From IMG/VR virus record IMGVR_UViG_3300046791_000457, positions 1 through 55,666 of that record: a DNA stretch of 55,666 nt. One strand, 5' to 3'. Each line of letters begins with the position of its first letter. Positions within the stretch are counted from its first letter, which is position 1. The DNA comes from a virus. Its lineage: Duplodnaviria > Caudoviricetes. Below the pieces are notes generated by a model, which was not told the DNA's origin, did not search any database, and worked only from the letters and a program-made list of their open reading frames with translations. This document shows positions 17,520 through 26,417 of the stretch, piece by piece. The position numbers and the translations under genes were made by a program.

Positions 17520-19544
17520 ATGGGTAGCAAGTTCTCGATCAGCGGCATCTTCCAGCTCGTCGACAAGATGAGCGGGCCGATCTCGAAGATCGAGGGCCGT
17601 CTCACGCGCTTTGGCCGCACCGGTGCGTCCTCGATCGCGACGCTGGACAAGAAGCTCGAGAAGCTCGGCCACACCACGAAGCTTGCGAAGGCGGCGATGG
17701 GTGCGGCGTTCCTCGGCGCGGGCTTCGCGATCCACCACGCGGGCAAGGCAGGCCTCGAGTTCGAGCAGGCGATCACCAACGTCGGCGCGGTGATGCTCAA
17801 GTCCCGCGGCGAGATCGGGAACCTCGAGAAGAAGGCCATCGAGCTGGGCGCGTCGACGCAGTTCACCGCGTCGCAGGTCGCCGGCGCCATGGAGAGCATG
17901 GCGCGCGCCGGCTTCAAGACCGAGGACATCCTGTCCGGCGTGGGCGGCGTGCTCGACGCCGCGGCCGCTTCCGGCCTGGAGATGGCCGAGGTGTCCGGAA
18001 TCGTCTCGAACGCCATCAAGGGCATGGGCATGGAGACGAGTCAGGCGACGAGGGTCGCTGACGTGCTGGCGCTGGCGTCCTCCAAGACCAACTCGACCAT
18101 GGGAAGCCTGGGCGAGGCCCTATCGAACGTCGCCTCGACCGCTCGCCAGGTTGGCATGCCGCTCGAGGACACGGTCGCGGCGGTCGCGCTCCTGCAGGAC
18201 GTCGGCCTCGATGCGTCCGTGGCGGGCTCCGCGCTGAATACGATGCTGACGAAGCTCGCGGCACCGACCGACAAGGTCGCGGCGAAGATGGAGCAGTATG
18301 GCGTCGCCTTCAAGGACGCGCAGGGCAACATGCTGCCGTTCGCGGGCGTCCTCGAGAACATCTCGAAGGCGGCGAAGAAGTCCGGCGGCAACTTCGACCA
18401 GGTGGCGCTGTTCGCGGAGCTCGTCGGGCTTCGTGGCCAGAAGGCCGCGTCGAACCTGGCCACGCTCTTCGAGACCGGCAAGGTCAAGGAGCTGACCAAG
18501 CTGCTTCAGGACGCCGAGGGCTCGGCCAAGGCGATGGCAGCGATCCGCATGAGCACCACGCTCGGATCCTGGGAAGAGTTCACCTCCGCAGTGGAGGGCG
18601 TCGAGATCTCCCTGTTCGGTCTCGCGGGCGGACCCCTGAAGGACACGATCAAGGGGATGACCAAGTGGGTCACCGCGAACCAGGCCCTGATCGTCTCCAA
18701 GGTGCAGGACTGGATCGCGGACGTCGCCGACAACATGGCCGACATCGTGAAGTGGGGGACGCGGATCGCCTACGCGGTGGGCATCTTCTACTCGCTGGCC
18801 ATCGCGGTGAAGGTGGCGCGCGTGGCGATGGCCCTGTTCAACGGCGTCATGGCCATCGCACACGCGGCGATGTGGCTCTACTCGAAGCGGACCGTCGCCG
18901 CGGCCTTCGCGAACAAGCTGTTTTCGAAGAGCACCAAGTCGGCCCAGCTCGACCTGTTCGCCATGAACACCCAGACGGCAGCGACCGGTACCGGGCTCGC
19001 CGCGATGCGCGGCGCTCTCAATGCCTCGAAGATGGGCGGCCTGATCAACGGCGTCACCTCGAAGCTCGGTAAGGCCGGCTTGCTCGGCGCCGCGCTGGGC
19101 GTGGGCTACGCGATCGGGACCTGGCTCGACCACGAGTTCGGCATCTCGAAGATGCTCGAGGACTGGCTCGTCAAGATCACCGGCATCAACGAGGGCGTCG
19201 AGAAGGCAGGCGGCCGCGCCACGAAGCGCGGAGTCGGCGCCGGGGGTCGGGTCTACGACGACGGGACGATCATCGGCGAGGACGGGTCCATCATCAAGAA
19301 GGGCGCCGAGTGGGCCAAGCACGTGCCGTCGGCGCAGGGCGGCCTGGCCCCCACGGCGGCGGCCGCGCCGGCGCCCCAGGTGATCTCCCCGCAGGAGCGC
19401 GCCACCCACGCGCTGACCGAGACCCTCAAGGAGTCGAAGGAGTCGGTCGACCTCACCATCAAGGACAAGACCGGCCGCGCCGAGCTCGGCCGGCACCGGC
19501 CGAAGCTGGTGCGCCTGAAGCTGCAGCAGAGCGGGGCGGGCTGA
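17520..19544 (+). CDS. Tail tape measure protein (TP901-family core)
   Basis: LGASTQFTASQVAGAMESMARAGF, ADVLALASSKTN and GLDASVAGSAL motifs; Ala-rich helical sequence. Confidence 0.93.
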   Translation: MGSKFSISGIFQLVDKMSGPISKIEGRLTRFGRTGASSIATLDKKLEKLGHTTKLAKAAMGAAFLGAGFAIHHAGKAGLEFEQAITNVGAVMLKSRGEIGNLEKKAIELGASTQFTASQVAGAMESMARAGFKTEDILSGVGGVLDAAAASGLEMAEVSGIVSNAIKGMGMETSQATRVADVLALASSKTNSTMGSLGEALSNVASTARQVGMPLEDTVAAVALLQDVGLDASVAGSALNTMLTKLAAPTDKVAAKMEQYGVAFKDAQGNMLPFAGVLENISKAAKKSGGNFDQVALFAELVGLRGQKAASNLATLFETGKVKELTKLLQDAEGSAKAMAAIRMSTTLGSWEEFTSAVEGVEISLFGLAGGPLKDTIKGMTKWVTANQALIVSKVQDWIADVADNMADIVKWGTRIAYAVGIFYSLAIAVKVARVAMALFNGVMAIAHAAMWLYSKRTVAAAFANKLFSKSTKSAQLDLFAMNTQTAATGTGLAAMRGALNASKMGGLINGVTSKLGKAGLLGAALGVGYAIGTWLDHEFGISKMLEDWLVKITGINEGVEKAGGRATKRGVGAGGRVYDDGTIIGEDGSIIKKGAEWAKHVPSAQGGLAPTAAAAPAPQVISPQERATHALTETLKESKESVDLTIKDKTGRAELGRHRPKLVRLKLQQSGAG

Positions 19545-19545
19545 G

Positions 19546-20868
19546 ATGGACATCGGCGTACCCCCAGCGGTCACCGACCTCATCGGCGGCGGCGGCGAAA
19601 GCTGGAAGGACCGGATCCGCGAAGCGGCCTACGTGTCGCCCAGCAAGACCCGGTTCCGCATCGAATACGAGGACCTCGAGCGGACGGTCACCCGCCGCGG
19701 CACGGCCTACGAGTTCCCCGGCGTCAACGATGCCTACGTGCAGCAGAAGGGGTTCGGCCCGCGCATCTACCCGATGCGGTGCTACTTCTCCGGCCCCAAC
19801 TGCGACCGCATCGCCGATGCGTTCCTGCTGGCGCTGCTCGAGCCCGGCGTCGGGAAGCTGGAGCACCCGCGCTACGGCACCATCCCCAGGGTCGTCCCCT
19901 TCGGCGACATCGGCCAGCGCGACGACCTGAAGACCTCGGCGAACCAGTCGGTCATCGACGTCACGTTCTGGACCACCCTGGTCGAGCTGTACCCGTCCGA
20001 GCAGACCTCACCCAAGAACGAGATCGAGGAAGCGCTCGGCGACTTCGACGTGGCCGCCGCCCAGGCCTTCGCGAGCGCGACAGCGCTGGACACGCTCGCC
20101 GCCCAGGCGAGCCTGAAGGGCACGATCCGCAGCGCGCTCCGGGAAATCCGCGGCGCCCTCGAGGACGTCTCGGGCTCGGTCGCCAGCGTCCGGCGAGAGT
20201 TCGACGACAACTTCCGGCTCATCAACGAGGGCCTCGACGTGCTGGTGGGGCAGCCGCTCCTGCTGGCCCAGCAGATCATCAACCTGATCCGCGCCCCCGC
20301 GCGCGCAGCCGCCGGCATCCGGTCGCGCCTCGAAGGCTACGCCAACCTGGCGGTGCGGATGTTCGGCTCGAAGGCCGGGCGCCCGCAGGACTTCCCGGTC
20401 GGCGTGGCCACGTCGGCCATCACCCGCCGACGGAACGATGCCGCGGTCGCCGACCTGATCGCCATGGCCGCCGTGACCGGGAGCGTGGCGAGCTCGCTCG
20501 AGAACGACTTCCTGACGAAGCCCGACGCCATCAAGGCGGCGGACGAAGTCGCGGCGCAGTTCGACGACCTGGTCGACTGGCGCGACGGCGTGAACGAAGA
20601 GGTCGGCGCGGTCGACACGGGCGAGAGCTACCAGGCCCTGCAGCAGGCCGTGGCGCTGACCGCCGGGTTCCTGGTCGAGGTGTCGTTCCGGCTCATCCCG
20701 GAGCGGTCGCTCGTCATCGACCAGCCCACCACGATCATCAACCTGGCCGCGCGCCTCTACGGGCGCCTCGACGACACCATCCTCGACCTGCTCATCAACA
20801 GCAACCGGCTGACCGGCTCGGAGATCCTAGAAATCCCGCGCGGCCGCAAGATCCTCTACTACCCCTGA
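19546..20868 (+). CDS. Mu gpN-like 'DNA circularization'/tail hub protein
   Basis: SWKDRIREAAY, YEFPGVND, GVGKLEHPRYG and C-terminal LAARLYG; follows the tape measure gene. Confidence 0.85.
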   Translation: MDIGVPPAVTDLIGGGGESWKDRIREAAYVSPSKTRFRIEYEDLERTVTRRGTAYEFPGVNDAYVQQKGFGPRIYPMRCYFSGPNCDRIADAFLLALLEPGVGKLEHPRYGTIPRVVPFGDIGQRDDLKTSANQSVIDVTFWTTLVELYPSEQTSPKNEIEEALGDFDVAAAQAFASATALDTLAAQASLKGTIRSALREIRGALEDVSGSVASVRREFDDNFRLINEGLDVLVGQPLLLAQQIINLIRAPARAAAGIRSRLEGYANLAVRMFGSKAGRPQDFPVGVATSAITRRRNDAAVADLIAMAAVTGSVASSLENDFLTKPDAIKAADEVAAQFDDLVDWRDGVNEEVGAVDTGESYQALQQAVALTAGFLVEVSFRLIPERSLVIDQPTTIINLAARLYGRLDDTILDLLINSNRLTGSEILEIPRGRKILYYP

Positions 20869-20877
20869 GCGCACCCG

Positions 20878-21960
20878 ATGGCCGTCGCTGACCAAGACGA
20901 GGTGCAGATCCTCATCGACGGCAAGGAGTTCAACCGCTGGCCGTCGGTCGACATCCAGCTCTCCATCGACAGCTTCTCGACGGTGTCCTTCACCGCTCCC
21001 TTCGAGGCAGACCGCAAGGAGTTTCGGGAGACCTTCCGACCGTTCACCTTCAAGTCCGTCGAGGTGCTGGTCAAGGACGGCTCGAAGAAGGGGAGCAAGG
21101 CGAAGAAGATCTTCACCGGCACCTTCGTCGGCATCGACCCCGAGGTCGACCCGAACAAGAGCGTCGTGGGCGTCACCTGCTACGCGCTGCCCGGGGTGCT
21201 CAACGACTGCAACGCGCCCGGCAGCGCGGTCCCGACCGAGTTCAAGAACATGTCGCTCCTCGACATCTCGAACCAGATCGCGGCGTACTACGGGCTGCTC
21301 GTCGAGTCCCTCGGCGTGGGCGGTTCGAACTTCGGCAAGGTGAAGCTCGACATCGAGGAGACCCCGTTCTCGTTCCTGTCCGAGCTCGCGCGCCAGCGCG
21401 GCGCCATCATCTCGAACACACCCGAGGGGTTTCTCCGGCTCTGGAAGGCCGTGAAGACCGGTGACCCGGTGGCGCGCCTCGCCGAGGGCTCGCAGCCGGT
21501 GCTGAAGGTCGCCGCGGCGTTCAGCCCGCAGGAGTATTTCAGCGAGATCACCGGCTTCGGCCGGGCGAAGAAGAAGAAGCGCGGCGGCAAGTACACCCTG
21601 CACAACCCGCTGCTGCATGGTGCGCTGCACCCGATCCGACCGAAGTGCTTCGCGATGGGCGACACCGAGCCGGGCGACGTCCCGTCGGCGACGACCGCGA
21701 AGATGTCCCGCATGTTCGGGAACGTCGCGAGCTACACGATCGACCTGGCCACGTGGCGCGACCCGCAGGGCGAGCTCTGGGCCGAGAACACCACCGTGAT
21801 GCTCGCCGCGCCGCAGGCCATGATCTACGGCGAGTTCGAGTTCCTGATCCGCACGGTGAACCTCCACCAGGACGAGAACTCCAGCAACGCCCAGCTCGGC
21901 GTCGTGCTGCCCGGTGCGTTCAGCGACGGGTTGCCCGATCGATTGCCGTGGGAGGACTGA
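20878..21960 (+). CDS. Baseplate hub (Mu gpP/gp44-like)
   Basis: LIDGKEFNRW, ETPFSFLSELARQRG and WRDPQGELWAENT motifs. Confidence 0.85.
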   Translation: MAVADQDEVQILIDGKEFNRWPSVDIQLSIDSFSTVSFTAPFEADRKEFRETFRPFTFKSVEVLVKDGSKKGSKAKKIFTGTFVGIDPEVDPNKSVVGVTCYALPGVLNDCNAPGSAVPTEFKNMSLLDISNQIAAYYGLLVESLGVGGSNFGKVKLDIEETPFSFLSELARQRGAIISNTPEGFLRLWKAVKTGDPVARLAEGSQPVLKVAAAFSPQEYFSEITGFGRAKKKKRGGKYTLHNPLLHGALHPIRPKCFAMGDTEPGDVPSATTAKMSRMFGNVASYTIDLATWRDPQGELWAENTTVMLAAPQAMIYGEFEFLIRTVNLHQDENSSNAQLGVVLPGAFSDGLPDRLPWED

Positions 21961-21964
21961 ACCG

Positions 21965-22465
21965 GTGGCCGTTGCAGAAGTGAAAGACATCGAGGCCAAC
22001 GGCGACGTCAAGGGCGACCTGGGCGGCGACGACTCGTTCGTCGCGGAGCATTTCGCCGACTCGGGCGAGGACTCGCCCCCGCTGCCCGGCGACTTCATGG
22101 CCCTCGATGAAGGGACCGGATCGGGGACGAAGCAGGTCACCGGCTACCACGACCCGGTCGATGGGAACCGCGAGGCCCAGCCGGGCGAGAAGCGCACCTA
22201 CAGCCGCAACACCGGCGGGGTGAAGGTCGCCGAGGTCTACCTCAAGGGCGACGGCACGGTCGTGATCAAGAGCCTGCTCGCGCCCACGGGCGGCACCTTC
22301 GAGATAGACCCGGCCACCGGCGCGATCACCATCAACGGGAAGGCCGTCATCGACGCGCTCGGCGAGGTGACCGCGAAGTCCGACGTCGCCGGCGGGGTGA
22401 GTCTCTCCGGGCACATGACCCCCTCACCGTTCGGCCCGCTCGGCCCGCCGATCCCGGGGACCTGA
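21965..22465 (+). CDS. Baseplate spike (Mu gp45-like)
   Basis: DSPPLPGD, PGEKRTYS and C-terminal GVSLSGH; gene order. Confidence 0.7.
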   Translation: MAVAEVKDIEANGDVKGDLGGDDSFVAEHFADSGEDSPPLPGDFMALDEGTGSGTKQVTGYHDPVDGNREAQPGEKRTYSRNTGGVKVAEVYLKGDGTVVIKSLLAPTGGTFEIDPATGAITINGKAVIDALGEVTAKSDVAGGVSLSGHMTPSPFGPLGPPIPGT

Positions 22466-22911
22466 TGCCCCTCGCCCCTGCCGCCCTGGAGTCGGCGATC
22501 GCCGCGCTCACGGGAGACAGCAGCCCCGGCAGCGTCGCCGAGGCAGCGCAAGCCTGGGCGGACGCCGCGCAGGCCATGTTCGCGGGCGTCGTGCCCCCCT
22601 CGACCACGGTGGCCGCGGCGGCCGCCACCCTGAAGACCGCGCTCGAAGCGGCGTTCGGCGCCACCAGCGGCGGCGAGGCCGCGCTCGAGTCTGCCTTCGC
22701 AGCGTTTGCCACGACGGTCGCGGGCGGGATGCTGCCGCTGTACACCGGGGTGCCTCCCGCCGGCCCGGTCGGCTTCGTCGCGCTGATCTCGCCCGACCGG
22801 CCCTCTCTCGCGGCGTTCGCCGCCGACCTGGCCGACGCGCTCGACACCTGGGCCCAGACCGGGACCGCGGCGCTCGTCGCACCGCCCAACACCGTGACGC
22901 CCTGGGCGTGA
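22465..22911 (+). CDS. Hypothetical Ala-rich baseplate-region protein
   Basis: Coupled ORF between the spike and gp46-like genes. Confidence 0.6.
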   Translation: MPLAPAALESAIAALTGDSSPGSVAEAAQAWADAAQAMFAGVVPPSTTVAAAAATLKTALEAAFGATSGGEAALESAFAAFATTVAGGMLPLYTGVPPAGPVGFVALISPDRPSLAAFAADLADALDTWAQTGTAALVAPPNTVTPWA

Positions 22912-22924
22912 CTGCGAGGCCACC

Positions 22925-23374
22925 ATGACCGACGTGCTGCTCTTCCACGAGGACGACGGCGGGAACATCAACTTCGTCAACGGCGCCGCCGACATGTCGG
23001 CCGGCCTCGAGGGCGCCGCCTACCTATCGATGTTCGGCGGCAACGAGCAGGACTCCGGCGAGGAAGCCGACGACCCGCTCGAGTGGTGGGGCAACAAGAC
23101 CGAGTCCGTCCCCACAAAGAAGTACCGCAGCCGCACCCAGAACCTGCTGCGCTCGTTCCCCATCGTGCCCGGGAACCTCCGCCGCCTCGAGGAGGCCGCC
23201 GGGCTCGATCTCGCCTGGTTCGTTGAGGACGGCCCCGCCAGCTACGTCGGCGTGGTCTGCAGCATCCCCGGCCTGAACCGCGTGCGCTGGGTGATCAGCG
23301 TCGTCATCGACGACGAGAAGTTCAGCTTCGAGTTCACCTATCGAGACCGCTCGCGAGAGCAGTCGGCCGCCTGA
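22925..23374 (+). CDS. Baseplate wedge protein (Mu gp46-like)
   Basis: AYLSMFGG...WWGN...DLAWFVEDG pattern. Confidence 0.8.
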   Translation: MTDVLLFHEDDGGNINFVNGAADMSAGLEGAAYLSMFGGNEQDSGEEADDPLEWWGNKTESVPTKKYRSRTQNLLRSFPIVPGNLRRLEEAAGLDLAWFVEDGPASYVGVVCSIPGLNRVRWVISVVIDDEKFSFEFTYRDRSREQSAA

Positions 23375-24567
23375 TGCCAACACCCCCCACCACAGCAGCG
23401 CTCTCCGCCAACATCATCGCGCAGCTGGAATCGTCGCTCTCGCAGACGATTCCGCTGCTGCCGAAGGCCTTCGCGCGCGTGCTCGCGAAGGTGCTCGCGG
23501 CGGTGGTGATCCTCCTCTACCGCTACGCCGGCTTCAGCCTGCTGCAGCAGTTCATCCGGTACGCCTCCTTCGAGGAGACCGAGGTCAACGGCCAGAAGAT
23601 CCGGCCGCTCGTGGAGTGGGGCCGGCAGATCGGGGTGGGCGACCCCATCGACTCTATCCGCGCCGAGCTCGTGGCCCGGGTCACCGTGCTCAACCAGGTC
23701 GGCTCGCTGGCCGCAGGGTCCCAGCTCGTTCGGCAGGTGACCGGGGTCATCTACCAGGTGGTATCGGCGGAGCCGTTGGACGATGTGACGGTCGACGTCA
23801 CGATCATCGCGTCGTCGGACCCCGATGGGAACGGCGGCGGCGGAACCATTGGGAACCTCGAGGTCGGCGACGCGGTCGAGTTTGCGAACCCGCTGCCGAA
23901 CGTGGCTACGGTAGCGACCATCGTCTCCACCTCGGTAATCGGCATCGATGCGGAGACAGAGGACGAGTACCGCGGGCGCGTGCTGGACTATTCGCAGTCG
24001 CAGCCGCAGGGCGGCGCATATGCGGACTATCGGATCTGGGGCGCTGGCGTTCCCGGCGTATCCAACATTTACCCATACACGGGCAGCCCGGGCGAGGTCG
24101 ACGTCTACGTCGAATGCAAGATCGCCCTCGACCCCGATGGCATCCCGGACACGGTTCTCCTGTCGGACGTCAACGATGCGATCCAGTTCGATTCTGCAGG
24201 CCTAGCCAGCCGTCGCCAGGTGGGCGCCGCCGTCAACGTGCTTCCAATTACGCGCACCGAAGTCGACGTGGTGGTGAACGGCCTGGCCGTGCCGGCCGGA
24301 GCTGACGAGGCGGCCATCGAAGCGCTGATCGAAGCCGGCGTCGACGAGTACCTTCGCGGCCGTGAACCGTTCATCGTGGGACTGTCGGTGCTTCCGCGCC
24401 AAGACGTGGTGACGCAAGGCGCGGTAGCGGGCGCGGTGGTCGAGATCGCATCGGCCGAGGGCGCCACGATCGCGACGGTGGAGACATCGATCGGCGGGCT
24501 GGACTTCATAGTCCGCGTGCTCGGCAATGGCGAGAAATTGAAGCTCGGGACGATCACGTTCCCGTAG
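23374..24567 (+). CDS. Baseplate J-like protein (Mu gp47)
   Basis: GIDAETEDEYRGRVL...PQGGAYADYRIW...VPGV...GEVDVYV. Confidence 0.9.
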   Translation: MPTPPTTAALSANIIAQLESSLSQTIPLLPKAFARVLAKVLAAVVILLYRYAGFSLLQQFIRYASFEETEVNGQKIRPLVEWGRQIGVGDPIDSIRAELVARVTVLNQVGSLAAGSQLVRQVTGVIYQVVSAEPLDDVTVDVTIIASSDPDGNGGGGTIGNLEVGDAVEFANPLPNVATVATIVSTSVIGIDAETEDEYRGRVLDYSQSQPQGGAYADYRIWGAGVPGVSNIYPYTGSPGEVDVYVECKIALDPDGIPDTVLLSDVNDAIQFDSAGLASRRQVGAAVNVLPITRTEVDVVVNGLAVPAGADEAAIEALIEAGVDEYLRGREPFIVGLSVLPRQDVVTQGAVAGAVVEIASAEGATIATVETSIGGLDFIVRVLGNGEKLKLGTITFP

Positions 24568-24588
24568 TCCCCAGGAGAACCAGGAACC

Positions 24589-25728
24589 ATGGCACTCGAC
24601 TACGGCGCAATCCTTCCATCGCAGACCGAGGCGTCCGGGTCCTACCCGCAGGGCAAGGCGAAGAACGTGTCGGCGCCCGGCGCCGGCGATGGCACGCCCT
24701 GGTATGCGAACCTGGTCAACGACCTGCTGTTCGGACCGTGGCAGGCAATCCTGCGCCTGACCGGCACCGTGCCGAGTGGCGTGCCCGACACGGCAAACAC
24801 CACGCAGTACATGGAAGCCCTCATGCGCTGGATGTGGGGCACGCTGATCTCGAGCAACTGGACGATCGCGGCGCAGGGCAGTGAGCACTACAACGCGGTC
24901 TGTTTCTCGCCCACGCTGGGAACATTCGTGGCCGTCGGAGAGAACGGCAAGGTCTTCGCCACCGATGGCCTTCTGAACGCCATGGTGACGATCGGCGGCG
25001 CTCCTGACCTTAATGCCGTGGTCTGGTCAGCAAGCGCAAACCTGTTCATCGCGTGCGGTGATGGCGGCGCGATGTATACGAGCCCGACGGGAGCGACGTG
25101 GACCAGTCGCGCCAGCACCGTCGTGGAGGACCTCCTGGCCATCGCTGTGAAGCCGGGGTCGCCAGACACAATCGTCGCGGTTGGCGCAAGCGGCACTATC
25201 GTGTCGTCGACCAACGGCACGGCGTGGACTCCTCGCGTTGCGGCCGTAGGCGCGAGCTTCTTCGGGATCTGCTATGCCGCCACGCTCGGCGCCGGACTCT
25301 TCGTGGCCGTCTGCAATGGTGGCCAGGTCGAGACCTCGGCGGACGGAGTAACGTGGGCTGATGGGGGAGTCACGCCGGGCTCTACGAACTTCAACGCGGT
25401 CATCTGGAGCACCTTCCACAGCCTGCTGATCGCCGTCGGCTCGGGGGGAAGCGTGGAAACGTCGCCCGATGCGGTCACGTGGACCGACCAGGGCGATCAG
25501 AGCACCGGCCGTCTCTACGGCGTCACGGTCGACGAAACGCTCGGCCAGATAATCGCGGTCGGCGAAAACGGGATCGTGGCCAGCTTCGACGCCGTCACGT
25601 GGTACAGCCGGTTCATGTACACCGGCGGAAACTTGAAGGCCGCGGCGTTCAGCGCCATCAAGGGCTTTACGTTGGCGGTCGGCAACCTGGGCGTGACCTT
25701 CACGTCGCTTCGCGGCCTGCACCCCTAG
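24589..25728 (+). CDS. Tail fibre/receptor-binding protein with beta-propeller (BNR/Ycf48-like repeats)
   Basis: N-terminal fibre anchor (YPQGKAKNVSAPGAGDGTPW) plus about 6 repeats of 'VAVGxxG...SxDGxTW'. Confidence 0.75.
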   Translation: MALDYGAILPSQTEASGSYPQGKAKNVSAPGAGDGTPWYANLVNDLLFGPWQAILRLTGTVPSGVPDTANTTQYMEALMRWMWGTLISSNWTIAAQGSEHYNAVCFSPTLGTFVAVGENGKVFATDGLLNAMVTIGGAPDLNAVVWSASANLFIACGDGGAMYTSPTGATWTSRASTVVEDLLAIAVKPGSPDTIVAVGASGTIVSSTNGTAWTPRVAAVGASFFGICYAATLGAGLFVAVCNGGQVETSADGVTWADGGVTPGSTNFNAVIWSTFHSLLIAVGSGGSVETSPDAVTWTDQGDQSTGRLYGVTVDETLGQIIAVGENGIVASFDAVTWYSRFMYTGGNLKAAAFSAIKGFTLAVGNLGVTFTSLRGLHP

Positions 25729-26390
25729 TCAGGCGCGCGGTGCATCGTCCAGACGAAGACGGCTGACGTCGGCGTGACCAGCGCCGCGATGCGGATGTAA
25801 CTTGGGACGGCTGTGTTGCCAGGGCCTGGCGCGCCATCGCCGCTTTCCAGCCACGGCTCCCTATCGAGCGTGAGTTCGAACCCGGGGGCGAGCGGCTGAC
25901 CTTGGTGCAAGTGATCAAATAGTTCCCCGGACGACACGACAACGGCCTGCGCCGAGTCCGACATATCGAACGCCTGACGATGGGCGTAGAGCGCGGTGGA
26001 AAGTAGAGCGCTCGCGGATACTATGCCCGGCTCTCCGCTGGCCGTGCCCGAACCGATCCCCGTTTTCCAGATCACCGGCAGGCAGCCCGACTCGGGACAC
26101 GCATCGCACTCGAGGTCGATGACGCTGCCCTCCAGCCCGGCCGCCGGGTAGCAGGGCTGCCCGGCGTCCACACCTGCATCGACGGCAACGATCGGCGCGG
26201 CCGCATCGTGCCCGGCATCCTCGCCGAACCCCTCGAGCTGCGCGTCCGGGTCGCCTGGCTCGAACCCGCCATCACCCTGGATGGCCGGCGCCCCGGTGTC
26301 CGGGTCGAGCCCGCTCGCCATCCCCATCGGCTCCGAGCACCCCGCGAACACCAGCGCCACCAGCGCGATCCCCAGCCTCATGCGCCGCAT
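25725..26390 (-). CDS. Lipoprotein (antisense moron)
   Basis: MRRMRLGIALVALVFAG-C signal peptide and lipobox, followed by a DAG-rich linker; fills the gap exactly between two + strand genes. Confidence 0.7.
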   Translation of the reverse strand: MRRMRLGIALVALVFAGCSEPMGMASGLDPDTGAPAIQGDGGFEPGDPDAQLEGFGEDAGHDAAAPIVAVDAGVDAGQPCYPAAGLEGSVIDLECDACPESGCLPVIWKTGIGSGTASGEPGIVSASALLSTALYAHRQAFDMSDSAQAVVVSSGELFDHLHQGQPLAPGFELTLDREPWLESGDGAPGPGNTAVPSYIRIAALVTPTSAVFVWTMHRAPD

Positions 26391-26417
26391 TCTAGCAGCC
26401 CGCCAAGGTGACCGCGA

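Noticed and set aside
2966-22140. Many long antisense or alternate-frame ORFs (e.g. 4726-5991, 9305-10915, 18120-19583, 20827-22140)
   Set aside because: These are shadow ORFs expected in high-GC DNA. They overlap well-supported genes and lack recognisable motifs.
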